DNA of 64,000 bases from Octopus sinensis (Eukaryota): positions 1 to 64,000 of the forward strand of contig NW_021833068.1 of NCBI RefSeq assembly GCF_006345805.1. Reading direction: 5' to 3'. Shown piece after piece: positions 40,801-55,261 of the stretch. The number at the start of each line of letters is the position of its first letter. The stretch's first letter is position 1. Under the pieces are notes generated by a model. The model was not told the DNA's origin, searched no databases, and saw nothing but the letters and a program-made list of their open reading frames with translations. The translations under genes were made by a program, and so were the position numbers.

Positions 40801-43691
40801 TTTATAAGAAGGGTATAAACTCAAAACACAGATTTACCATAACCAGTGTAAAGAAGATGTAGGTTATTTGCATAAGATACATAATTAAAAATTACACCAC
40901 ATATTCCGTAAACAATCAGAAGACTAGGAAACCGTCCAGATATCAACACTTGTAAATTTTATCTGAATATTTTCCAACAGTAATCAGACACAAGAACAGG
41001 AGTAAAGAGGGGGGACAATCTATTAATGAACCCCTGGATATTACTGGTACAGATTTTGAGCCAGGAGTTGAACTTGGAACACAAACGGATCAAAGTAAGG
41101 GGATGATTCTGCATTTAGCCCAGGGCCAGGAGGAAAGAGGAAAATTTCAAGAGAAGGTGGGGGATGAGGTGTTTTACATGGAATGAAAGGAAGAAGGGAG
41201 AGGATTTGAACCTGTAACGTTGAGGTAACGAAGGATGAGATGAAGTAAAGAATCCAGTCAGGTAACATCAACAACAATAATTATGAGGATTAATAATGAA
41301 GTTAGATTAGTGTCATTAGAGTGTGAGAGAGAGAGGTGAAGCATGACGACCCATGGTGGGATTATGACATGAATGACTCGAAACAAGAAAAACAAAGATT
41401 AAAGAAAACAGATTTGGATAATCCAAATCCATTGGGGACTTACTTTTGAACTGCCAGATGGAGAGGGGTGTCACCCTCTTCGTCCACCTTATTGGATTGA
41501 TGCCATTTTGTTGCTGGAGAAAATCAACAACAACTTCCTTGTGTCGATGAGCAGAGGCAAGTTGTTGTAGAGGGGTGGAACCTTGCTTGGTCTCAGCTTT
41601 AACATCCGTGCCATTCTGTTGCAGGAGAAGTTCAACAACGTCCTTGCTTCCATAGCGACAGGCAAAATGGAGAGCTGTCCAGCCCAATTCATTTTGCTGA
41701 TTAACCTAAATAAGATAAACAATAAAGACATTAAAGATGGTGTTTATTGGGAGAAGAAGGAAAAAAATGAAAAATGTCAGAAAAACAGAATCAGATTAAT
41801 TTAAACAGGTGGAATGAAGGTTGGGGAAAATAAATGAGATTTATAATGTATCTATACACACACACATATGTGTATGCATATATATATATATACACTCTCG
41901 CACATACATATATACATACGTGTTTTATATCTTCACGGATCATTTTTTTATGCATTTTTATGTATATATGCGTTTATGTGTGTGTATATTTGTGTATGTA
42001 TGTACAGGTCTGTGTGAGCTGAAGAAAGTTTTTAATTAAAAAAATATAAACTGTTTCGAGAAACTGGCGAACAAATAATTTCAGTTTTGTGAGACCAACT
42101 CCGAAAGATCACCCGTTTTTTTCCAATGAAATTTAACAGAAATCCACCCTTTTCAATGTTGTAGCAGCAAGAATTATGTGTGGATTGTGGGAAAGAAAGT
42201 GGAAAAGTGTGTGTTGAGGGTGGAAGGGTATTGATCTGCAACTCATCAAAGATATTTCATTACCATAATCATTATCTATAAACAAGGAAATGAGCAACTT
42301 TTATTTAAAAAATTAAATCGTCAATAATGAAGAAACAGATTTGGGGCACTAAACTGTATGTATACATCATATACATAAAACACAAACCAACATACATAAC
42401 TTTATACACACACACACACATATATATAATATATTCGCTGACCTGTAAATTGTTATTTTCTTTGCTATTAACAGGACTTTGACTACATCTTCATATTATT
42501 CTTCACAGCCAGATGTAGAGGTGTGTTGCCCCCTGAGTCCTGCTTATTAACATTTCCTCCACTGGAGACTAAGAAGGCCACAACATCAATTTTGTGCCTG
42601 AAAGGAGAAAAAAAAACAATGAAACATCACATTCACTTAATAATTACATCAAATATACACTCGTTTCCATTAAATGCATAAAACCTATGCATACTACAGC
42701 CTCGTGTGTTTGTATATATAATTATATATGCAAATATGTATGTATGTAGAGGCAAACCTACACAAATGTGCCCCAGGCGAATGTTTCCTTGTAACTTCTA
42801 GAAAAATGGATGTTTTTCAATGAAATTTCTTTCACAAATATCATTCAAATGGCAAATATTCCAATTATATCGGAATTGGTTGTGAGAAAAACCTTTTCGG
42901 TGGGTGGAGAGAGAAATTTAGGAAAGTTCACCCGAGTCGGCTTTCTTTCCCAAAAAAATAGATATTTTCAATAAAACCGTTTCAGATGGTGAAGATTTCG
43001 ATTATATCGGAATTTAATATGAAGAAAATTATAAAAATTGGGGATTCGCACAGATATACACTGACACAAAACAGAAAATAAAAAGATGAACTTTGGGAAA
43101 TAACCGTGATGTGTGTCAGTATGTATGTGTGCGAAACTATCAAATTGTTAAAGTTTTTTCATGTTTAAATTCCGATATATCCTAATCTACACCATTTGAA
43201 AGGTGTATTAGTTAGGTGGAAATATTAGGTGGAAAAATATTAGGTGGAAAAATATTAGGTGGAAAAAAATCAACAGCATAATATAGTGAAATAGCCACAT
43301 AATAACAATAACAACAATAATAATACAGTACAATGCAAAAACATTATAGATCAGCAAATACATATAAAATGAAAAATATTGATTGACATCATAGCAAAAT
43401 CCAGAAGTGTACATGCATATAAAGGCATACAAGTCAGACTTTGACGGTGATATATATAAGTGGTAAGTTTAGAAATGATTTAAGATTGAAAGCTCAATAG
43501 GATTGACTGGAACATTTGAATTTCAATGTCTCCGTTACGGTTGGTTTATTAAGATACACTTACATACATACACACGTATATAGCGCTTATATATATATAC
43601 ATAGATAAACCAAAAAAACAGAGAAAATACAAGCTTACATACACATACATACATAACTACGTACGTATAGATCAATAGATATATATATATA

Positions 43692-43730
<39 letters not shown>

Positions 43731-46700
43731 TATATATAGGAAGTAGAACTAAAAGGAAGTAGAACTAAAAGAAGGACTGGAAGAGCTAAAGGAAAAGAAA
43801 AAGCTCAAGCAGGACCAAAGAGTGAAAACAACAGAAATAGAAGTGGATCCGCAAAGGATGGAACCAAACAGCGCACACGGGTGTGTATGTTCTACCTGAG
43901 AGGTTCCTGCTGGCATGGAAAGGAAGGTGCAGGCTGCCGCTTTGCACATCGGGGACCTCGCCACAGAGACACGAGGCAGATGGACAAACCATCAACACAA
44001 AGAAAAGGGATGGACCACGCACCACCTGCCCCAAAGCGGAGGGGTACGCATGTTGTGCGCGCCACAAAACAGCCAACATGATGTTGTCGAAAGAGCAGCT
44101 GCTGAGCAACAATCATTTTTGTGCATGGCACAAAAGATTGTACAGCAGCTGACCTGGCTTCATCAAACCCAAGCCCGCAGGTGGGACTACCCACTATATA
44201 CCAGACCACCACAGCAAACAGACACAGGATGGACACCGCCGGCAACAACGTACACCTCACCTCGATACTCCCACTGAACATCAGAGGACTGCAAACACTC
44301 AGTAACAGGACAAAGATCCCGTTCCTGAGAGACTTTGTTGCATGCAATCAAGCCTTATGCATAGCACTTACAGAAACGCACCTGAAACCGGACATAGCAG
44401 ATGCGGAGTTACACATACCACAGTATGCTGTACTACGGACCGACAGGAAAGAAAGGAGTCATGGAGGTGTTGCTATGTACATCCGTGAGGACCTCACACC
44501 CCAGGTCCTCTTGTCATACTCAAACTCGGTGTGTGACACACTAATTGACACACTATTAGGCAACTTGATGTAGTTGTGTGTGCTACATATCGCCCTCCAG
44601 ATGCCCCAAGCCATGTGGGCAAGTTTGAAGACTGCCTTATAAAAATAGAAGAAATTCTAACCACATTAGAACAACACATAGGTGTGCTTCTTATGGGAGA
44701 CTTCAATCTGCCCAATGTCAGATGGCCCGAGGGCCTTTCTCTCCCAGGAATGACAAGTTGTGAACGAGGACAGGCGAGGTCCCTCCTGAACCTCATCAAC
44801 ACCCTGTACATGGAGCAGGTAATACTCCAACCAACCAGGGCAGGTAACACACTGGATCTCTGCTTCACAAATGACATGGATCTCATCCATAATGTGAAAG
44901 TGACACCGACAATACTCTCGGATCACAACATGATAGAGCTGACCATGTACGGGCCAAAAGAGAGCACGGACATGCAGCCTACAAGAAACCCTCAAAATCT
45001 TTCCAGCTTGAACTACCATAAGGCAAACTGGAAACAAATTGAGAAAGAGATCCTCAAACAAAACTGGCCTGAATGTCTCTCCTCGCCAGACATCGACATG
45101 AAACTTCAACAATTCATGTCTGTAATGCAAGCCATATGCTACAAATGTGTCCCAGAGAGAAAGGCCACTGTACACAAGAACAAAATCCCCAGAGAGAGGA
45201 AAATTTTAATGAGACGGCGTACGAAATTTTCAAATCGCCTAAACAAAACAGATTGAAAGCATGAAAAAGTCCCGCCTAAAAATAAAACTGTTGGAAATCG
45301 AAAAATGTCTGCAACTCTCCCATGAAAAAGAAAGAGCGACAAAGAAGCCTGGGCTATAGAAAACACATAAATCTAACCCAGAGCTTTCTACAGGTATGCC
45401 AAAGAAACAGCTACAGTGCACTGTAGAATAGGGCCACTCCGCGAAAAGGATGGCACACTTACAGGAAAACCAATGAGGGTAAGTGAAATACTGAATGAGC
45501 AATTCAAGAGTGTTTTCACTCCACCCCTTGGGCATCTCCAAATCACAAATCCAACTGACTTTTTTACCACTGCAGATATAAAATCAGAGGCGGCGACGAT
45601 AGATTACATCGATATAAAGGAAGACGATGTAACCAAGGCTATAGATGAAATGAAAACAGACTCAGCTACTGGCCCCGATGGATTCCCGGCATCCTCCTAA
45701 AAGCATGTAAGAGAGTCCTAGCAAGACCACTGCAGTTCCTCTTTCAGAGCTTCCTTGCAGCTGGCAAACTTCCAGGAAACTGAAGGAAGGTAAAATATCC
45801 CATTCATAAAGGAGGTAGCAGAGCGGAAGCCAAGAACTATAGACCTATCTCTCTGACCTCACACATCAGCAAGGTCATGGAACGAATAGTCAGAAGGAAG
45901 CTGATCACCTTCCTTGAAGAAAATGACTTGCTGCCCGACACCCAACATGGTTTCCGACCAGGGAGAAGAAGCTGTTAAACTCAGCTCCTACAACACTATG
46001 ACTGGGTGCTGAAACGGCTGCTCAACCACTCAAATGTGGAAGTGATATATCTCGATTTGCAAAGGCCTTTGATAAAGTCGATCATGGAATGATATGTCAC
46101 AAACTGCGTGATCTCAACATAGTTGGGAAAACTGGGAGAATGGCTTCATGACTTTCTGAAGGATAGAAGTCAGGTAGGTAGTAGCCAATGGGGCCACCTC
46201 CATTAACACACAAATAGTGAGCGGTGTTCCGCAGGGCACTGTTCTGGGACCACTACTGTTCATAATGGCCCTCTCAGAACCCTCAGCCACGCAGAGAGCC
46301 ACGATCACAAGTTATGCAGATGATACAAAAGTTTCACAGGCAATACAGAACCCTGAGGACACTAAACACCTGCAATGTGAGCTAGACGAAATATAGAAGT
46401 GGGCTGAAAAGAATAGCATGCAGTTCAATGCTGGAAAGTTTCAAGCTTTATACTATCAGCATGCAAAAACTGAATGCAATACCAATGAATACACTGGACC
46501 CGGAGGGATTGCAATCCCAGAGGCACAATCAGTGCGTGACCTGGGTATTCACATGAGTGATGACGCGACCTTTCATGTACATGTTGCTAAACTGGCAATG
46601 AAATGTAGACGGCTGGCTGGATGGATTCTTAGAACCTTTAGAAACAAGAGAACAAAAAAACCATGATGGTCCTCTGGAAGACACTTGTCCTAAGCCACTT

Positions 46701-48111
46701 TGACTATCGCTCTCAGCTATGGTCACCATCCAGTGTCAAGTTGATCACAGAACTTGAGGCGATCCAACGAAGCTACACAAAGAAGATAGCCTCTATGCAG
46801 AATGTAAGCTACTGGGAAAGACTCAAGAGATTAAAATTATATTCTCTGGAGCGTAGGCGGGAAAGATATGCCATAATATACATCTGGAAGATCCTGGAGG
46901 GAACTGTCCTGAACTTTGGCATCGAGAGTTACGCAAATGCCAGAACTGGGCGCCACTGCGTGGTGCCAAGGACTCCAAACCTGCCATCAAGATGTAGGAC
47001 AAGATTCTGTGATAGCCTGGGCTTCCGAGGCCCACAGCTCTTCAATATCCTCCCGAAGAACCTGAGAGACCTGCATGGGGTGGATACAGATGTCTTTAAA
47101 ATGAAGGGATCTCTTCCTGTCAGGTGTCCCAGATGAACCAACTTCACGGCAGGAGGGGCAGATGAGGGCAGCTGCATCGAACTCTCTCATGCACCAAATA
47201 GCAGTTGCTAGAAAGCCTCCATGAAGTGAACCAAGTAGCAACACCAAATGGCGGTGCCCCAGCATGGCCACAGCTCATGAGCTGAAATGGAATCAATCAA
47301 TCAATCAATCAATATATATAATATATATATATGTATATATATTATATAAACAAATACATATACCCGAAAACAACCACGCACACATATATGTATATATATA
47401 CATACACATACATACTGTTAACTAAAATAGTATTAAGAATCATTAAAATTAAGATAATATTAATTGTTAATACAACGAAAGGGGTTGGAAGGGTAATTCG
47501 TAATATACAAAAAGAGGGGCCTAAAAGGGTAGTAGAAAAAGGTAAGGGTTAATAAAAGGCAAAGGTTGGGAAATATTGAGATAAAATTTATAAGAAGGGT
47601 ATAAACTCAAAACCCAGATTTACCATAACCAGTGTAAAGAAGATGTAGGTTATTTGCATAAGATACATAATTAAAAATTACACCACATATTCCGTAAACA
47701 ATCAGAAGACTAGGAAACCGTCCAGATATCAACACTTGTAAATTTTATCTGAATATTTTCCAACAGTAATCAGACACAAGAACAGGAGTAAAGAGGGGGG
47801 ACAATCTATTAAATGAACCCCTGGATATTACTGGTACAGATTTTGACCCCAGGAGTTGAACTTGGAACACAAACGGATCAAAGTAAGGGGATGATTCTGC
47901 ATTTAGCCCAGGGCCAGAGGAAAGAGGAAAATTTCAAGAGAAGGTGGGGGGGTGAGGTGTTTTACATGGAATGAAAGGAAGAAGGGAGAGGATTTGAACC
48001 TGTAACGTTGAGGTAACGAAGGATGAGATGAAGTAAAGAATCCAGTCAGGTAACAACAACAACAACAATAATTATGATGATTAATTAATGAAGTTAGATT
48101 ACAGTGTCATT

Positions 48112-48159
<48 letters not shown>

Positions 48160-49647
48160 GAAGCATGACGACCCATGGTGGGATTATGACATGAATGACT
48201 CGAAACAAGAAAACAAAGATTAAAGAAACAGATTTGGATAATCCAAATCCATTGGGGACTTACTTTCGAACTGCCAGATGGAGAGGGGTGTCACCCTTGA
48301 GGTTCACCTTATTGACATCCATGCCTTTCTGTTTCAGGAGAAAATCAACAACTTCCGTGCGTCCATGAGAAGAGGCAAGATGTAGAGGGGTGTAACCATG
48401 GTTGGTCACAGCATTAACATCCGTGCCATTCTGTTGCAGGAGAAGTTCAACAACATCCTTGCTTCCATAGCGACAGGCAAGATGGAGAGCTGTCCAACCA
48501 TGTTCCCTCACAGCCTTAACATCCGTGTCTTTATGTTGCAGGAGAAGTTCAACAACGTCCTTGCTTCTATAGCGACAGGCAAGATGGAGAGCTGTCGAAC
48601 CATCTTCCATCACAGCCTTAACATCCGTGTCTTTATGTTGCAGGAGAAGTTCAACAACGTCCTTGCTTCCATAGCGACAGGCAAGATGGAGAGCTGTCCA
48701 ACCATCTTCCATCACAGCCTTAACATCCGTGTCTTTATGTTGCAGGAGAAGTTCAACAACGTCCTTGCTTCCATAGCGACAGGCAAGATGGAGAGCTGTC
48801 GAACCATCTTCCATCACAGCCTTAACATCCGTGTCTTTATGTTGCAGGAGAAGTTCCACAACGTCCTTGCTTCCATATTGACAGGCAACATGGAGAGCTG
48901 TTGCACTAAAATTATTTTTCTGATTAACCTAAAAAAGATAAACAATAAAGACATTAAAGATGGTGTTTATTGGGGGAGAAGGAAAAAAAATGAAAAATGT
49001 CAGAGAAACAGAATCAGATAAATTTAAACAGGTGGAATGAAGGTTGGGGGAAAATAAATGAGATTTATAATGTATCTATACACACACACATATGTGTATG
49101 CATATATATATATATATATACACTCTCGCACATACATATATACATAAATACCTATATATACATACGTGTTTTATATCTTCACGGATCATTTGTTTATGCA
49201 TTTTTGTGTATATATGCGTTTATGTGTGTGTATATTTGTGTATGTATGTACAGGTCTGTGTGAGCTGAAGAAAAGTTTTTAATTAAAAACATATAAATAT
49301 AAACTGTTTCAAATACATAAAACACAAACCAACATACATATCATTATACACACACACACACATATATATATATATTCGCTGACCTGTAAATTGTTATTTT
49401 CTTTGCTATTTAACAGGACTTTGACTACATCTTCATAGTTATTCCACACAGCCAGATGTAGAGGTGTGTCGCCCCATGAGTCCTGCTTATTAACATTTGC
49501 TCCACTGGAGACTAAGAAGGCCACAGAATCCGTTCGGTGGCTGAAAGGAAGAAAAACAAACATAAAACATCACATTCACTTAATAATTACATTAAATATA
49601 CACTCGTGTTCCATTAAATGCATAAAAACCTATGTATACTACAGCCT

Positions 49648-49693
<46 letters not shown>

Positions 49694-50554
49694 CAAATAT
49701 GTATGTATGTAGAGGCAAACCCACACAAATGTGCCCCAGGCGAATGTTTCCTTGTAACTTCTAGAAAAATGGATGTTTTTCAATGAAATTTCTTTCACAA
49801 ATATCCTTCAGATGGCAAATATTCCAATTATATCGGAATTTGTTGTAAGAAAAACCTTTTCGGTGGGTGGAGAGAGAAATTTAGGAAAGTTCACCCGAGT
49901 CGGCTTTCTTTCCAAAAAAATAGATATTTTCAATGAAATTTCAATAAAACCGTTTCGGATGGTGAAGATTTCGATTATATCGGAATTTAATATGAAGAAA
50001 ATTATAAAAATTGGTGGATTCGCACAGATATACACTGACACAAAACAGAAAATAAAAAGATGAACTTGGGAAAATAACCGTGATGTGTGTCAGTATGTGT
50101 GTGTGAAACCATCAAATTTTTAAAGTTCTTTCATGTTAAATTCCGATATAATCCTAATCTACACCATTTGAAAGGGATTTGTAGAAATTTTCACAGAAAC
50201 AAAATATCCACTTTTCTGAAAGTTATAGAAAAACAAAACGGATTTGGGTGAATTTTGAGAAAGTCAACTCCTCAACGTTTGAAAATTTGTTTTTACAACA
50301 ATTTCCGATATAATTGGAATCTTCATCATCTGAAGCATTTTTGTCAAAGAAATTTCATTAAAAAATATCAATTTGTCTCAAAGTTATAAGGAAACAAATT
50401 CGTCGTGGGGCCCAGTTGTGTACGTATGCCTATACATATGCACGCATATATATATTTATAGGATCTCGAGTATCGAGTACCTACGTCTGGCTAGCGCGCA
50501 CGCGCGAATCCGGGACCGCTCTGCGATAATGTCAAAGTCAATAATATTATACAG

Positions 50555-50612
<58 letters not shown>

Positions 50613-51174
50613 ATGCATGTATGTGTATGTATGTATATATATATGTATGTATATAGAGAGACAGACAGACAGAGAAATATGAGCCACTGAAATACGTATA
50701 ATCGTTAATACACAGTAGACAAATGTGTACGTGTGTGTGTATACTCATATTAATAGGTGAGGGTATAAAGTATAAATATTTTTATCCCAGCGAGTGTACA
50801 ATAGAAAACAAGGATTAAGTACCGTTGTTAGTATCTATATATTTGGTATACATTGAAAAATGTATTGTAATCCTTTTGCGAAAGATGGAATGTCTGAAAA
50901 TTATAGACAAACTAATTGATAGCAGATTTCTCATCAATCTAAAAATCAACAACAACAGCAGCACGTCGTAATTGGCGGGAAAACTACGTCTGCAAATGTA
51001 ATGTTGTCATAGCAACAGACTATGCAAGAGAAAGTTTGCTGTTAAGGGCAACGAGGCGTATTTTTACCGCCAAAAGAAACAGTTAAGTATGGCGGTCATA
51101 TAACACACGTAAATGAATATATAAACACACAAATATTTATTATATATATGTGTGTGTGTATACAAATATATATT

Positions 51175-51209
<35 letters not shown>

Positions 51210-52067
51210 ATGTTAAACTCCAGTGTTTGACTCGAGCAAAAAAAAATTGTGCAATAGGTGTAAAATAAAATGTATTAAACAAATATGTAAAAAAAAAATA
51301 CACTCTGGCGAACGAGGGGCGGTGGAGACGACTCGGAAAATTCACACGATCAATCTCACAGGATCCGAAAACTACATGTTGTTTTATACCTGTTACACTT
51401 TTTGTTTTCATTTTTGGGACCGGTTGTCGAGTGGGGTTACCGGATCGTGTGAATCATCCGAGTCCGCACCCCAGATATACACTGACACAAAACAGAAAAT
51501 AAAAAGATGAACTTTGGGAAAATAACCGTGATGTGTGTCAGTATGTATGTGTGCGAAACCATCAAATTTTTAAAGTTTTTTCATGTTAAATTCCGATATA
51601 ATCCTAATCTACACCATTTGAAAGGTGTATTAGGTGGAAAAAATATTAGGTGGAAAAAAAATCAACAGCATAATATAGTGAAATAGCAACATAATAACAA
51701 TAACGAACAATAATAATACAGTACAATGCAAAACATTATAGATCAGCAAATACATATAAAATGAAAAATATTGATTGACATCAGCAAAATCCAGAAGTGT
51801 ACATGCATATAAAGGCATACAAGTCAGACTTTTGACGGTGATATATATTAAGTGGTAAGTTTAGAAATGATTTAAGATTGAAAGCTCAATAGGATTGACT
51901 GGAACATTTGAATTTCAATTGTCTCCGTTACGGTTGGTTTATTAAGATACACTTACATACATACACACGTATATGTGCGCTTATACATATATACATAGAT
52001 AAACCAAAAAAAACAGAAAATACAAGCTTACATACACACATACATACATAACTACGTACGTATAGAT

Positions 52068-52109
<42 letters not shown>

Positions 52110-55100
52110 CAAATACATATACCCGAAAACAACCACGCACACATATATGTATATATATACATACACATACATACTGTTAACTAAAATTGTATTAAGAATC
52201 ATTAAAATTAAGATAATATTAATTGTTAATACAACGAAAGGGGTTGGAAGGGTAATTCGTAATATACAAAAAAGAGGGGCCTAAAAGTGTAGAAAAAGGT
52301 AAGGGTTAATAAAAGGCAAAGGTTGGGAAATATTGAGATAAAATTTATAAGAAGGGTATAAACTCAAAACACAGATTTACCATAACCAGTGTAAAGAAGA
52401 TGTAGGTTATTTGCATAAGATACATAATTAAAAATTACACCACATATTCCGTAAACAATCAGAAGACTAGGAAACCGTCCAGATATCAACACTTGTAAAT
52501 TTTATCTGAATATTTTCCAACAGTAATCAGACACAAGAACAGGAGTAAAGAGGGGGGACAATCTATTAAATGAACCCCTGGATATTACTGGTACAGATTT
52601 TGACCCCAGGAGTTGAACTTGGAACACAAACGGATCAAAGTAAGGGGATGATTCTGCATTTAGCCCAGGGCCAGAGGAAAGAGGAAAATTTCAAGAGAAG
52701 GTGGGGGATGAGGTGTTTTACATGGAATGAAAGGAAGAAGGGAGAGGATTTGAACCTGTAACGTTGAGGTAACGAAGGATGAGATGAAGTAAAGAATCCA
52801 GTCAGGTAACATCCACAACAATAATTATGAGGATTAATTAATGAAGTTAGATTAGTGTCATTAGAGTGTGAGAGAGAGAGGTGAAGCATGACGACCCATG
52901 GTGGGATTATGACATGAATGACTCGAAACAAGAAAACAAACATTAAAGAAACAGATTTGGATAATCCAAATCCATTGGGGACTTACTTTTGAACTGCCAG
53001 ATGGAGAGGGGTGTCACCCTCTTCGTCCACCTTATTGGCATTGATGCCATTCTGTTGCTGGAGAAAATCAACAACTTCCTTGTGTCGATGAGCAGAGGCA
53101 AGTTGTAGAGGGGTGGAACCTTGCTTGGTCTCAGCTTTAACATCCGTGCCATTCTGTTGCAGGAGAAGTTCAACAACGTCCTTGCTTCCATAGCGACAGG
53201 CAAAATGGAGAGCTGTCCAGCCCAATTCATTTTGCTGATTAACCTAAATAAGATAAACAATAAAGACATTAAAGATGGTGTTTATTGGGAGAAGAAGGAA
53301 AAAAATGAAAAATGTCAGAAAAACAGAATCAGATTAATTTAAACAGGTGGAATGAAGGTGGGGGGAAAATAAATGAGATTTATAATGTATCTATACACAC
53401 ACACATATGTGTATGCATATATATATATATACACTCTCGCACATACATATATACATACGTGTTTTATATCTTCACGGATCATTTGTTTATGCATTTTTGT
53501 GTATATATGCGTTTATGTGTGTGTATATTTGTGTATGTATGTACAGGTCTGTGTGAGCTGAAGAAAAGTTTTTAATTAAAAAAATATAAACTGTTTCGAG
53601 AAACTGGCGAACAAATAATTTCAGTTTTGTGAGACCAACTCCGAAAGATCACCCGTTTTTTTTCCAATGAAATTTAACAGAAATCCACCCTTTTCAATGT
53701 TGTAGCAAAGAATTATGTGTGGATTGTGGGAAAGAAAGTGGAAAAGTGTGTGTTGAGGGTGGAAGGGTATTGATCTGCAACTCATCAAAGATATTTCATT
53801 ACCATAATCATTATCTATAAACAAGGAAATGAGCAACTTTTATTTAAAAAATATAAATCGTCAATAATGAAGAAACAAGATTTGGGGCACTAAACTGTAT
53901 GTATACATCATATACATAAAACACAAACCAACATACATAACTTTATACACACACACACATATATATATATATATTCGCTGACCTGTAAATTGTTATTTTC
54001 TTTGCTATTTAACAGGACTTTGACTACATCTTCATATTTATTCTTCACAGCCAGATGTAGAGGTGTGTTGCCCCCTGAGTCCTGCTTATTAACATTTCCT
54101 CCACTGGAGACTAAGAAGGCCACAACATCAATTTTGTGCCTGAAAGGAAGAAAAACAAACATGAAACATCACATTCACTTAATAATTACATCAAATATAC
54201 ACTCGTGTTCCATTAAATGCATAAAAACCTATGTATACTACAGCCTCGTGTGTGTATATATAATTATATATGCAAATATGTATGTATGTAGAGGCAAACC
54301 TACACAAATGTGCCCCAGGCGAATGTTTCCTTGTAACTTCTAGAAAAATGGATGTTTTTCAATGAAATTTCTTTCACAAATATCATTCAAATGGCAAATA
54401 TTCCAATTATATCGGAATTTGTTGTGAGAAAAACCTTTTCGGTGGGTGGAGAGAGAAATTTAGGAAAGTTCACCCGAGTCGGCTTTCTTTCCAAAAAAAT
54501 AGATATTTTCAATAAAACCGTTTCAGATGGTGAAGATTTCGATTATATCGGAATTTAATATGAAGAAAATTATAAAAATTGGTGGATTCGCACAGATATA
54601 CACTGACACAAAACAGAAAATAAAAAGATGAACTTTGGGAAAATAACCGTGATGTGTGTCAGTATGTATGTGTGCGAAACCATCAAATTTTTAAAGTTTT
54701 TTCATGTTAAATTCCGATATAATCCTAATCTACACCATTTGAAAGGTGTATTAGGTGGAAAAATATTAGGTGGAAAAATATTAGGTGGAAAAAATCAACA
54801 GCATAATATAGTGAAATAGCAACATAATAACAATAACAACAATAATAATACAGTACAATGCAAAACATTATAGATCAGCAAATACATATAAAATGAAAAA
54901 TATTGATTGACATCATAGCAAAATCCAGAAGTGTACATGCATATAAAGGCATACAAGTCAGACTTTTGACGGTGATATATATTAAGTGGTAAGTTTAGAA
55001 ATGATTTAAGATTGAAAGCTCAATAGGATTGACTGGAACATTTGAATTTCAATTGTCTCCGTTACGGTTGGTTTATTAAGATACACTTACATACATACAC

Positions 55101-55200
55101 ACGTATATATGCGCTTATACATATATACATAGATAAACCAAAAAAACAGAAAATACAAGCTTACATACACACATACATACATAACTACGTACGTATAGAT

Positions 55201-55261
<61 letters not shown>

